A DNA stretch of 59,753 nucleotides, filler included, from Porpidia crustulata (taxonomy: Eukaryota): the NCBI GenBank assembly GCA_964255105.1. It is 10 parts of 10 records of this genome, joined end to end, with 100 filler letters (N's around TTAATTAATTAA, not from the genome) between each part and the next. Parts side by side here need not be neighbours in the genome. Positions count along the whole stretch, not along the records: positions 24,043 to 29,924 come from CAXUWE010001678.1; positions 30,025 to 35,897 come from CAXUWE010001679.1; positions 35,998 to 41,866 come from CAXUWE010001680.1; 7 more parts are not named here. One strand, written 5' to 3'. A program made the translations under genes and the position numbers. How positions within the stretch are numbered: position 1 is the stretch's first letter; every line of letters begins with the position of its first letter. Under the pieces are notes generated by a model that worked only from the letters and a program-made list of their open reading frames with translations, made no database searches and had not been told where the DNA came from. Of the stretch, positions 25,905 through 37,888 are shown piece by piece.

Positions 25905-27501
25905 TTAGAAACCTTCCTGAGCCGCTTTACAAATTTTAATCTCGCGACCCCATTCCGACTTTAAGACTTGCGAGGCTGTAATGCGTCGTGTGGGATTAGG
26001 GTCAAGTATCGAGTAAATGACGTTTCGGCAACGAGCCTGCTAATAGTTAGAAAGAACCCTCGTGATACACGGAACCATTGATACGTACCCTATGCAAGGT
26101 TTCAATAGGCCCGTAGCCATCTTCGTCACGCCTACCCTCCAGATATCTTTCAAAAAATTCATCCTCATCCTTTTTCGCCACGCGCCAAAGGTGTCTTCCA
26201 GTCCTCATGGCCATATATATGACACCAGTAGCCCATACGTCGACGGCTCTCGGGTCAAATTCCTTCTCGACGTACTCTTCAGGAGCAATATAAGGGGCCG
26301 AGCCGCAGAGGCCAGCGGTCATGTGCGCCTCCTTCTCCCAGGCCATTCGAAAACACTCTCCGTTGCCGAAGTCGGTGATCTTCAAAGACCCGTGGGTGGT
26401 AAGTAAGAGATTCTCGGGCTTGAGATCGCGATGAGCAACACCCATCTCGTGCAAGTACTCAACGCCGCACATCAGTTGCTTGAAGTAGCAATCAGCCTCG
26501 AGAACCTCAAGCTTCCCCGCTGCCAACACCAGCGTGTAGAGATCCCCGCCAGCGCAGAACTCCATGACTTCGCAGTAGTCACCCTTCGCATCCTCCAGAA
26601 GGTCGAGGGTATGGATGATGTTCGGGTGGCGAAGCGAAGATGAGATGCAAAACTCGGAGGTGAGCCGCTTCTGGTACTTCTTGGGCGACTCTTGGGGTCT
26701 GCGGCGGAATTCTTTGACGGCGTATAGGTGTTCGATCTTGGAATCTTTTGGGTCTGGTTTGTGAGAAACTCGGACGATGCCAAACGCGCCACGGCCCACA
26801 ATTTCCTGGCATTTCCCATACTTCTGGACCAATGTTGCTGTAGCATTCGGGCCCCCTTTCTTGTCCGCTGCCAGCTTCTCGCGCTCGTTCTTCAATTGGT
26901 CGACCCAATTGGAGACTAGAGACAGTTGTTGCTCGGCACCCGTATGCTCCTCTCGTTTCCTGCCACCCAGTACATCGCGCACAATATCCGAAAGTTTTTC
27001 TTGTCTTTTGGTGCTCTTCAGAGTGTGTTCATGGGTGCCGCCCGAAAGGACTTCGAATCTCTTAAGAATTGGGTCTGCTTCTCTGATGTCCTTTTTGATA
27101 CCTATAGTGCTCGCTCTTCTCTCCGCCTCGGCGGATGACTGCGGTCGCTTTTCAGAGTATGAGGACTGTCGAGCGGGTGTCTTGAGGTTCGAGGACTTCA
27201 TGCCACTGCCATTACTCTCGGTATCCGAAGCACCGTTATCCGAATGCCGGCTATCCCTGCCTTCCTTATCGATAGGCACTTTGGCTTGAGAAAACATGCG
27301 AGTAAGACGATTGGATATCGTGGGTTTCTTGGGAGTAGCTGTGACGCTCATTCCCTTGTGCATCGCGAGTGCATTCTCTGGAATAGTGGGAGTCGAACGG
27401 ACATCCTTGCCATCTTGAGACGGTAGGGATGCAGTTGATATGGTCGGAGAGGGAGTGGCAATGGGGGAAGGGTGTGCAGACACGGTGAAATGCCCGTTCA
27501 T
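25905..27501 (-). CDS. SAT4: HAL-family Ser/Thr kinase (Sat4/Hal4-like)
   Basis: KYGKCQEIVGRGAFG, YAVKEFRR, RLTSEFCISSSLRHPN, HRDLKPEN, ITDFG, GSAPYIAPEE. Intron 26037-26088, then last exon ARCRNVIYSILDP...EGF* (TAA 25905). Confidence 0.85.
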
Positions 27502-29880
27502 CGTGACTGATAGGTTTTCTCCGAAGACGAAAAAGGTGACTTGAAGAAATTGAGTCCCCAAGGTCGTGTAAGCTCAGCGTGCTAGATATGAGTTTTATGG
27601 TAGTGGAAGGTCGATAACAATAGTTTGACACGTGAAATTATTCTGGGTGGCAGATAAGACTTTCTACCGTCCGTGAAGCTTTGGAAGCAAATGATGTGAC
27701 CGCCACCGCTGGGCAGCCTCGGAGATCAAGCCGCGCAGGTGAAATTCGACCAAATTCAAAGATGTTGAGTATTTGAGCAGCAGAAGCGCATATTATTTAT
27801 ACGTGGAGGGAGGTGCGCAGCAATGGCGTGCCTTCGAGAAGTGGATTATTAAGTAGAGTGAGAATAAAGACGGATTTGGACTAATTCGGAGAGATCTGGC
27901 AGTTGACGGCCGAAATTGAATGTTATTGAGCGTACGACACTCGGAAGTCGTCAAAAGTCGAGGTGAACATGCTGATATGCTCGTACGACCTGGTCTGGAT
28001 GGTTTACAAAGGATTCTCGGAGTGCCTGGTGGGAGCTTTGAGGGGAGGAATGTTGGTAAGACGAAAGGTTGACTTTGTGGGCGGTCAAATATCGAGCCTA
28101 AATTAAATCCAGCGCTACCTGGTTGCGGTCGGAGGGGAAGTTGTGCCAAACGTGATCGAAGAAAGTTGCACGAGACATATTTATGCACTGAGGGGCGTCA
28201 AGCGGCAAGAGATATGAATTTGAAATCACAAGTTCCTACGGCTTGTGTGCTTGTCCAGGTATAGTAGTGTAAGTCCAGAGAAAACGAATTTAATGACGGT
28301 TGATTTCAAACGAAAGAAAAAGTTTACTTTGCATGTGATGATGTGAGGCATAAGAGGGGTCTTTTTGTGTGGTTTAATTTTTATTTTATTTGTGCAACAC
28401 TGCAGTACTGCAAAACTGCAGTGATGATTTGCACTGTCGAATTTGTGCATGATGAGTAAGCGAGAAATCCACAAATTAGGTACCCAATGGAAATTCCAAA
28501 TGGAAATTCCACAATAGGATCTTCACGTCATCCGTGCTACATGGATCCGCTGGCTTGGTCGTGATTTGCCCATTGCACTTCATCTTCCCAATTTTTGCTT
28601 ATATCAAGGTCCTATCTTCAGTCAATTTTCTCGTCTATGTACGAAGTCTCCTGACGTGTCCCCGTTCTTTTTCCTGGCCAACGTGCCGCCCACAATAGGG
28701 TTGCATTCCAATAGAGACTATTGATCTGCAGTGGTAGTCGTATCTGACCCCTGGCGTACTGTCCTCCTACTGGCTCACTTTAATCCCTCATACAGGACAT
28801 TTCTTAGCCGGCAGTGTTGGTCTGCATCACCCAGCGTGGAGTGCTAGATCGAAAAGTGTAAGATACCGCAATGGTTTGTCGGACATGCTCTGACACGTGT
28901 ATACCTCACTGGCTGAATCCAATTGCATCTGAATGCTTAGATGCAGCACATGGGACGCACAGGCAATCTATCAGATAACGATCTGTGTTTCAGTTTGGGG
29001 GAGCACCGTGCTGCATGCAGACGACGCTGCAACATAGCCACCATAGTGGATTTGATATACAAGAGCAGACCAGGAGCGTATCAGTGCAGGCACATAGGGA
29101 GAAAAGGTAGTCGGCCAATCAATTACGATCCGAAGCTTCCTCCCGCATTTTTTGGCTCACTGCATACCCGGTCTTCGGGCGCTGCATCATCTCCAGTGCG
29201 GACCAAAGTGATTGACGGCCTTTGCTTCTTTGCCCGCTGTCATACAGCTGTTCTTTGAGCTGGTTGCAGTAGTAGATGCGCTGTGCAAATCTAGTGATTC
29301 CTGCCACATCAATCACGCAATACCCTGCATAGCTGGAGTGTGAGGAACTCAAGCGACCACTGATCCCAAAACTTTAGGCATCCCATCGTCGGCGCAAGCA
29401 TCAAGGCTTGCTACTGCTTGAACGATACAATCTAGCATGTCAATGTCACAATTATCAAATAGTTAGATCAAGCCGCGGAGCAACGACATGATGGAGAGGA
29501 TCGTTGACCCAATATGCAGAGACTCGAGGTCTAGATGCAATAGAGAGGTTTTGCAAACCAAACCTAGCAGTATTTCCTTAACGAAATGTAACGGTTGTTC
29601 TAATAACAACACAAGATATAAACAGAGATAGACTAGAGTAACGAACTCCTTGCTACTATAGACTGAGGTCTGCAGATAGCTTAGACAATAGAACTGATTG
29701 TATTGACTATTACATGAGTTGAGCACGAAGCTCCTATCTAAGGAAATGACTATCATTATATAGACATAAGAAATTCGTGCTAAGAGCCTATGCTATGGAT
29801 GCTATGTCCATAGCTCAGCTATTATGCCTAGCTATCATACCTAGCATGATGAGATTTACGCTTCTTCCGCGTAACGTAAT

Positions 29881-29913
29881 CCGACACTAAACGCACGCCG
29901 ACACTAAACGCAC
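29881..29913. repeat. 17-bp tandem duplication at contig end
   Basis: CCGACACTAAACGCACG followed by CCGACACTAAACGCAC. Confidence 0.7.
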
Positions 29914-29924
29914 ACCCCACCAAA

Positions 29925-30024
29925 NNNNNNNNNNNNNNNNNNNNNNNNNNNNNNNNNNNNNNNNNNNNTTAATTAATTAANNNNNNNNNNNNNNNNNNNN
30001 NNNNNNNNNNNNNNNNNNNNNNNN
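29925..30024. other. Artificial contig linker
   Basis: N44-TTAATTAATTAA-N44. Confidence 0.98.
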
Positions 30025-31569
30025 GTGAACCAACACTGGACGACTTACTCTTTGACGTGTCCTCCGAACAATTTGAGGTGCGCGGCGTGGGAGAGGCTGA
30101 GCGCGTCCTCGTAGATGGTGGAAGCCATCAGGTTGTTGGGAGTGCGCTGGTCGGCGGCTGAGGTTTCGTCGTAGTCTTTGCGAGCGAGCTGGAGGTTCTT
30201 GAAGTCTTTGCTGGCGCATGCGGAGGGCGCTGTGCGGGCTACACGTCCGATGATGGTGCCGGAGATCTCGAGGGTGCCGAGATTAATGTTGTGGGTGATT
30301 GTGGATGGGGGTTGCGAGCCTGATACCCCGCCGCCGGCCAAGTCGGCGGAGGCATACCATAAGGACGAGTACCATCCGTAGCTCTCGGTGTAGCGGTTTA
30401 TATTCAGCTGAGAGAAATCGATGCACCATGATGGGATGTCTTTATGGCCCCGGTCGCTCATGGCGCATAGTAAGATGTCCAAATGGCCCTGCTTCAGGAC
30501 GTGAACCATTGCTTCTGGAAATAATTGACTATATGGCTGGCTGTAATCAACGTTCAACTCCTGAGTTACAGCGGGGATCGCGAGCCCCAGTATGCCAAAA
30601 TTCGCATCGTGAGGCTGAGTCTGTTTACGATTGCTGGTGGCGTAGAGAAGGCCGCTGAGATCCCATCGGTCCACCTCCGCAGCTCTTGTTTTCCTCCGCG
30701 CAATCTCCAGAAATTGTTCTGTTGACGTGTCATTTTCGCAGATGCCTTCTCGACTAGCCCGCACGCGCTTCATTTCCCGACTTGTCATATCATTCATTAT
30801 CGGGATAATAGCCTTCCACGAGACCCATTGACGACCACATCCCACGAGCGGTGGTTGCCGCGATAGAATGGCCTCCTGTACGACCCATACTCTAGACCAC
30901 CAAGGTCTGTTGAAGAGCTTCGTCAACCCTGGCGTCAATAGTTCCTGCTCCTCTCCCGACCCCTCAAAATGCCGCCCTTTTTGAGAAAGCGCATCGCTTG
31001 TCGGATTTCCTTGCCCGACTCCCCCAGCCAGATCAGCACCGTGGATGCGTTCTCGTAGATCTGCCGCATTTTGCCAACCTGGTCGTTCTTTTCCGCTAGA
31101 TTGGATTGGTTGATACATACAGCATCTATCCACAAGACGCGCGGCCTGTCTGTCAGCCGAAGATACACGAGCGCCATGTACAGATTCCACGTCACGGAGA
31201 AGGTCTGCCCGTTGACACTTATCCCTCGCTGCCCTGTCTCGTCGCCCCAGTTGTAAGAAAGGCCTCGTACACAGGCTCAGGTCTACGACCCGTCCTCAGG
31301 CTTACGTCTTTCAGATTGCAGGAAATGGCTTCACGCTTGTTGCCCGCTGGATTCAAGACCAAGACTCGAAACATAGTAGTACCGGTCTGGAGGTCTTCGT
31401 ACCGGAGAGGTGTAGCCGCCGAGGGGGCGGTGTCGTGAATTGGTTCGTCGTGCTCTAGAGATCCTTCATCGCCTGAGGCATCAGAAGGGAGGTCGTCATA
31501 TTCAGCGAATGGGACGAAGACGTCTCTGAGGATCTTTTTGAAGCCTACGCCTATCGATTGAAGCTTCAT
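30025..31569 (-). pseudogene. HET-domain (HET-6-like) heterokaryon incompatibility gene with two apparent frameshifts; 3' end beyond contig
   Basis: Three consecutive frames give YEA/LSYNWG (shift near 31260), LWIDAVCINQ...QVGKMRQIYENASTVLIWLG (shift near 30980), then RPWWSRVWVVQE and IPSWCIDFS. The shifts may be sequencing errors. Confidence 0.8.
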
Positions 31570-32174
31570 GACTCTTACTGAGCAACATTAGCCTTCAGCT
31601 TTATATTGTATTTTGTAATACTGTCATCTCCGTTTCGTAATTCTCATGGTCGGAATGTTGAGGCGAGAGGTTTCCACCAGGTTAAACAATAGATGCGGGG
31701 TAGATATGGGCGTAGACTACTGCGTCACAGTGCTCGCTCAACTAGCTGGCCAGACTCATTTGTTGAATGTTTCTTTGTCTCATTGGAGCGTAAGGCGGTA
31801 GAGGTCAATACAATGACTTCGAATGCAAGTGATCCTTGCTCTCGTTCAAGGTGAGTCTGAAAATACTGCGTATGATCGCGAAAGGAGTGAATTGGTTTCG
31901 CAAACGCTACCAGGATTGATACTCTTCTCAATAGGGTCCATGTCGGAGCGAAGTTCGTCTCCAAAATCTGGTTAAGTTTACAACGAAAGTAGCAACAACT
32001 GCACGATAATTGTCTCAATAGCTTGGTGCTAAGTAAGCGCCTCTCTGAGGTCATTCAAGACGTCGGCAGCTTTTGTACTCGCTTGACGAGACCAATGCCA
32101 GTGCCAGCCCAGGTAGGGACCCTTCCCCTTTCAACAGTCTCCCATAACTTTCATTAGATGTGGTTATGAAAATG

Positions 32175-32620
32175 CTAGTGTACCGATGGGGGGTGCGTGA
32201 TGGAAATTGCGTCGAGTACCCATCTGAAGGCGACATAAATGTGCGTGAAGGGGGCTCGATGTGTGGCGGGCGGAGATAGCTTCGATGTCGAGGACGGGAG
32301 GATCAAGGGCAGGAAGATTAGGCCACCACCAATAGAGGACCAGCAAAAGAGGCGATTGACAAATATGGGGAGAACGGCGTCCCAGGTTGTGAGGAGGAGG
32401 GACTGAATGAGAGTACACATCAGAGCAGCCAGCAGGCGGCGAGAGGAAAGGAGGAGAAGGATTGCTTTGCCCGATCGAAAGCTTGTAGATGATGTTGCAT
32501 TATGTGATATGCACGTTTCGGACGACGTAGATGGGTTAGCCGCAGGGGGCGAACTGCGTGTAGGTTCCTCCTTAATTTCTGCCTGAGCCTCTGTGTCTAC
32601 TGCCGTTTTTCCTTCCGAGA
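32175..32620 (-). pseudogene. MFS transporter gene fragment
   Basis: LLSSRRLLAALMCTLIQSLLLTTWDAVLPIFVNRLFCWSSIGGGLIFLPLILPS resembles the TM7-8 region of fungal MFS transporters. No N-terminal half or remaining helices found. Confidence 0.55.
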
Positions 32621-33081
32621 GGATAACGAATGCGTAAGTATTCATTATTTTCAATCTGAATGCCTTTTGCCCCATCCGAGCGCATGGTACCGGATGACAA
32701 TAGAGATTGTTGTAAGGATTCCATATCCGGCAAAATCTGTTCCAGTCCCCGCCTTAGTCTTTCCTTAGCAAGCAGATATCGTAAGTAGTCGATGAACGCG
32801 TGATTACCAATGGCATCGATTGCTCTCACTCTAGTCTTCTCCGCCCAAAATGAATGCATATTTGGATCGTCGGTAGAATCTTCTTTGTGTAGTTCTTCCC
32901 TCATTGGCGATGAATCCACCAATGCTGGATGATAAACTTCCGCCTCTTCCCGAGCAAATAAGTGTCGTTTGCGACTACTCGTGTCAAGATCATATAATGT
33001 CAGCTCATAGTCAAAGAGCTTTTTTAATTCTTCGACAGTATAAGCGGGATTTCCGACAACCAGAACAGCCGGCGCCGACAT
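32572..33081 (-). CDS. Hypothetical protein or gene relic
   Basis: 169-aa ATG-initiated ORF in good context (CATCAATGTCG) with protein-like composition and no recognised motif. Overlaps the MFS fragment in another frame. Confidence 0.3.
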   Translation of the reverse strand: MSAPAVLVVGNPAYTVEELKKLFDYELTLYDLDTSSRKRHLFAREEAEVYHPALVDSSPMREELHKEDSTDDPNMHSFWAEKTRVRAIDAIGNHAFIDYLRYLLAKERLRRGLEQILPDMESLQQSLLSSGTMRSDGAKGIQIENNEYLRIRYPLGRKNGSRHRGSGRN

Positions 33082-33413
33082 TGATGTTGTGTAGAATGTC
33101 GAAGGTTTCGTCTCGCTCTCTGTGAATTATTTTCTCTTGCTGCTCCCGGGAGATCGTCTTCATTCATGAACCATTGTAAAGCGACCATATTTTCAACCAA
33201 CGCCAATCGTAACATGACATCCAAGATAATCATTCACTAACGTCCAAGCATGCGAGGGACCTGTATATATCATGCTTGATCACATTGTATATGTTGATTA
33301 CCGCCATACATGACGGCCAAGCTTTCCCTCAAAACTGGATCTGGAAGGTTGTTTGGAAACCTGTTTCTCACTTGCAATTAATGGTACCTTCCACTTCTAT
33401 CTGCAGCTATCGG

Positions 33414-35254
33414 CTATCCTGATATAGTGAGGTTGGCGCATGTGAGGTCATATGTTGAAGGATTGACAAATGAAGGCACAGGATCATTCGCGAATCCAAG
33501 TCGAATCAAAGAATCGCCTATGCGCAGTTAATCTTCGTTCCTTTCTCTTGACAGACTAGAGCATGAACGAAACTTACTATTCGAGTTATATTGTGGCCAT
33601 CCTATTTGCTTCAACCCGTTCACCGGATCGGCCGCGAAGGTGGCCCAAGCATGCATCATCGTTGCTTGAAGCTTCTTTTCGGGCGCAGATTCCGGAAGCC
33701 GGCTAACATCTTGCGATCCTCCAATGATCATTTCAACATCGGATCCGTGATAAGCGCCGCTTGTGGGATACAAGCGAAGATTGTCCCAATCTCCAAAGTA
33801 TCGGTAACAGTACGAGGGCACTCCGAACTTGATCTTGTTGCGACCTGCAAAGGCTATAGGGCATGTAAAGGAGCCGTCATTGAATTGATTCCAGAGTAGA
33901 TCAGTAAGGGTGGTACCCTGGGAAAAAGCCGGAATCTTGTAGTAGCCAGCTTCATTATTGTTCTGCCCAACGAGGAAAGGCTAACACAGCCAAGGAACAC
34001 TAACATGTCAGATTCGTCCGCCCTTCAAATGCAGATACAGGATTCTTCGGGCAGACTAACCAGTCTTGCAAAGCTTCCATTATTTGACAGAAGGGTGTAA
34101 CTGTCGAAAACCGTCACTCCGTCAGGTGTAGGCTGGAAGATGGGCGACGCACGCGCAGGGCTTGAAGACAGTGGAGGTTTGATCTTCGTTGTAGCCGCCT
34201 CGATGGCAGTGACGTTTTTGATGGCTCTCATACAGGGTAAAGTATCACCCTTTGAGCCGCATCCCAGCAATTCACTCACATTGTACCAGTGCTGCAGCGC
34301 AATCTGATTGGAGTTCAAGCCAAAGCTGAAGGCGTTGCCCGAGCTCTCGATGAAACCACTGACAATTGGATCTTTCACGTACGCGTATGACCAATAGTCT
34401 ACCGCAACGCTGCCCGACGACTGGCCAGAGATAATGATTTTCTTTGGGTCTCCGCCGAAGCCACCAATATTGTCGCGCACCCATTCCACTGCTAGTCGTT
34501 GATCAAGAAGCCCGACATTTTGTGCTTCGCCTGGAGCTCCAGAAAAGCCAAAGAAGTTGATACGGAAGTTGAGAGTTACGACTACGACATCTTCCGCATC
34601 TGCCAGATATTGGCCGTCGTAGTAGGGAGTGTTGCTTGTACCTGTTGACCATCCTGTTATACAACTGCGATCAGCATCTCTTGTCTCAAACAACTCATTA
34701 TTGGGGTGGATTACTGCCTCCGTAAAAGAATACTATTACTGGCTTGTCCTGCTTCTCCGTGTTCTTAGACCATATGTTCAGACTCAAGCAGTCTTCGCTT
34801 CGATTCGTATCGATCGAGCCGGTGAAAGCCGCGATGATCTTGCCGAATTGCGGCGTCGCAAGTGGATAAGGTTTCGAAGGTGATGCGGGAGCAACCGGGC
34901 ATGAACTAAATGTATCATCAATGACCAGATACTTTGATCTTTCTGACAAGGTTTCGCGTACGCTGCCTGTAACGTAGAAAAAGGTCAGCGTGTTGCATTG
35001 CTTGGTTCCTCTTTCGGACCTTGACTTACAAAGTCTGATGCTTCAAAAGTACTGGACGCGTCTCCGTTGAATTTCCGTGGAGCGGCGAAGCGCAGTGGAG
35101 GCTCTGCATAGGGTATGCCGAGATACTCTACAACTGAGGACGCATTGGGGGCTGTGTGACCGACAATGAGACCATTGTTTGTCTGTACCGATGACAGGAG
35201 ACTGCGTTTATGGGGCAAAAGAAACAAAATACATATGACATCGATCACACGCAT
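33414..35254 (-). CDS. Type-B carboxylesterase/lipase (cholinesterase-like), multi-exon
   Basis: EYLGIPYAEPP, SEDCLSLNIW, VFFYGG, VVVVTLNFRINFFGF, GLLDQRLAVEWVRDNIGGFGGDP. Catalytic triad GQSSG / NNEAG / GAYHGSD is intact. Stop TAG at 33414. The start position is less certain. Confidence 0.88.
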
Positions 35255-35897
35255 AGTTACACACGTGAATAGCGTGAAGTAAAATAGAAATTTCGCCGTC
35301 CATGTACCTATCGGATTGTGTTGGAGAAGGAATGCAGGTGGCAGAGGCTTGCTGCAACACCGGGCTGCCAGGTAGTGCCAGAGCTGCTGGGAGCATGTCC
35401 CAATGCGTTGAATCGAGACAGCTTGCGCAAGACAGCCCACGCGCGCTAGAGACGTATAATAGAGGGGCTTGCAGTAGCGCAACGCAGGATATTCAATTCG
35501 CCAGATATCGCAAGATATCGCAAGAGATTGAGCGAATTTGATACGTAGCCTGGGCCAAACGTGTGAAAGCATGTCGGCTTCCTCGCACAGCTTGGCCACA
35601 TGTTGGCGCGGGTGGCGCGGGATGTAGCTGCAGCCCGGATTATCCTCACGCACCTCGCCGCCGCTAATTCATAAACGTAGCATTTTTCTCCGCGAACCCG
35701 ATCCGCTTGTTCCCGACGTCGAATACGGTAAACAACGACCGTAGAAACACCTGGCCCAGCGTCGCCGAGGCGTATCCTGCGGTTCCTTGTAGGGCTCCCA
35801 TGCATACTGTATCGGTTACATGACGGTCAGACACTTTTGAAAAATATTTTTCGTTTTAGGTCTAAGAAAGGGGCGACGGAGGGAAGATGGGGGAAAA

Positions 35898-35997
35898 NNN
35901 NNNNNNNNNNNNNNNNNNNNNNNNNNNNNNNNNNNNNNNNNTTAATTAATTAANNNNNNNNNNNNNNNNNNNNNNNNNNNNNNNNNNNNNNNNNNNN
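35898..35997. other. Artificial contig linker
   Basis: N44-TTAATTAATTAA-N44. Confidence 0.98.
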
Positions 35998-36900
35998 GGG
36001 TTGGCCATCGAAAAGTGACTAGATCAAGCATGTCAGCGGCATCCTCATATGTACGAATCTAGGAATTGCTCACCTTCTTCTTCTGCCCTTGCGCAGCGCT
36101 CTTGACGCGGTTGCGACTCTTGATCACGTCGGTTTTGAGACTTATTGGCCGAGGCGTGCCATGTAATTTAAGGAACAAGCCACACGCATTGCAAAGGACC
36201 GACCCTATCTCATCTCGGCGCCAAAGCGGTGTCGTCGATGTTGTGCAGTTCTGGCATACTGGCTGTACGTTTCCATGTTCATGATCAGTAAATGTTGCCA
36301 TGTTGATGGTGAAGCGATAAGGAACTTTGGCGGTCAAAGACTTGGCGATAAGGACTCCGGCCGAGGCTAACAGGCTAACAAGGAAAAGATGCCAACTCAC
36401 AGGAACGTTGCCTGAAACGCCCGGGGTTGCCGCAGGAGATGAAGTTGCGTAGGTCATGCTGTGACTCGCATTATTGTACGCTCTGTGGTCGCACAAGGTG
36501 GTTAGCAACAGGATTCGATGAGTGGTGGATTGGTGATGGTTTGCTGCATGCCAACAATTTGCGACAATGCCATTCGCGTAGCAGTCGCGTTTGTGAAACA
36601 AGCAATATTGGCAGTAACGTACCTGAGCTGGGGAGAAGGAGCCGACGCAACAGACGCCAGCGTGGATAGAGCTGGAAGCGCGAGGTTTGAATTATGCTGT
36701 GGATAGTGTTGATATGTAGACGCGGACGAGGGTCTAGATATGTTGTGCCCTATCGAAGGCAATGGTGAAGGTACCCTATCGGCCACTTGAGGTGTAGTTC
36801 GATACGGCGATAGATCTCGGTCTTGATGAGTGGAAGGTGGTCGAAGAGTTGGATCAATGGGCGATGCCCTGTAGATCAGGGGTGCTACTGTTGAAGCCGT
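35998..36900 (-). CDS. areB: GATA zinc-finger transcription factor AreB/NreB/ASD-4, 5' part, with alternative starts
   Basis: [52 protein letters not shown]. Upstream exons 36623-36900 and 36401-36482 splice in frame. Alternative ATG at 36301. The gene runs into the gap. Confidence 0.85.
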
Positions 36901-37096
36901 GATTGCGGTTGGGCGGTCTATCGAGAGTGAAGGAAAGTGCAGGACTGCAATGCTTCTCAACGCTGTAGCCTGTGAGGTATTGGAAGTCTGCGATTAGTCG
37001 AGGTAATGATTTAGATGATTGGCGGTGCTGGCTTTGGTTCTTCGTTGTCGGAGGCAGAATGATCGGCGTGAATTAATTATGGCGACGGGACAATTA

Positions 37097-37331
37097 GATA
37101 GTATTAATTTATTGGCTTGACGTGAGTGCTGGATTCTCTAGATAGGATTACAGTCAACGAGACAAAGAACAGTATTAATCGTATAAATTAAACGATGTTG
37201 TTGCTGACGAGCTGATAAAAGGGATAAAGTACTGAGCATCTAAGGTTGGGAGGGATTGGGGGAAGATAATAATTGTGAGGATTCCCTCTAAGCGATAAGG
37301 CGGCTCAGTTCAGGGGGCAGCGATTAGATAG
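37097..37331. promoter_or_regulatory. Cluster of GATA sites upstream of areB
   Basis: GATAA at 37214, 37223, 37265 and 37294, and GATAG at 37097, 37141 and 37327, all in the same orientation. Confidence 0.5.
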
Positions 37332-37888
37332 AAAAATTGTTTATAGCAAAGAGAGGAGGGTGAGAGATGGTGTGAGAGGTGAGTGAGGGTGTAGGAGGCA
37401 CGGATGGTAGGGGGAATAATCATAGGACGGGAGATCAGCCCATCCAATTTCATTTCCTGCGCGAGTACTCTATTTATATCATCACTGAAAATCTGAGTCT
37501 GAAGGAGTCCCCTCGTCCCTTCATCCCCTTTCCCTGCTGCAGATCCCTCCAATCTCATCAAGAGGTCTCATACATACATACTTCATCATACGGATTACAG
37601 ATGCACTCACTTAAGCGATTCCTATTAGGTCGGAAATCTCGACAAGGGCTTGGAGTGAAACATGACTTGTTTATTTTTTCTGTACCTGCGTCTACTGTGC
37701 CGCCCGTTATGCATTAGCTTCTAATGCCCTTCCCCCCCGTGCGTCTCCCCAGGTATCCTGTCACCCTAAGATCCTTTATGGCTAGCATTCTCGGGGGTTT
37801 CTTACGCGATCCACTGGCACTTGGGCTGACGTCCACTTAACGCGCATCTGTGTCTTGACTACCTGAGCCTCCCCCGTGATGGCGTAGT

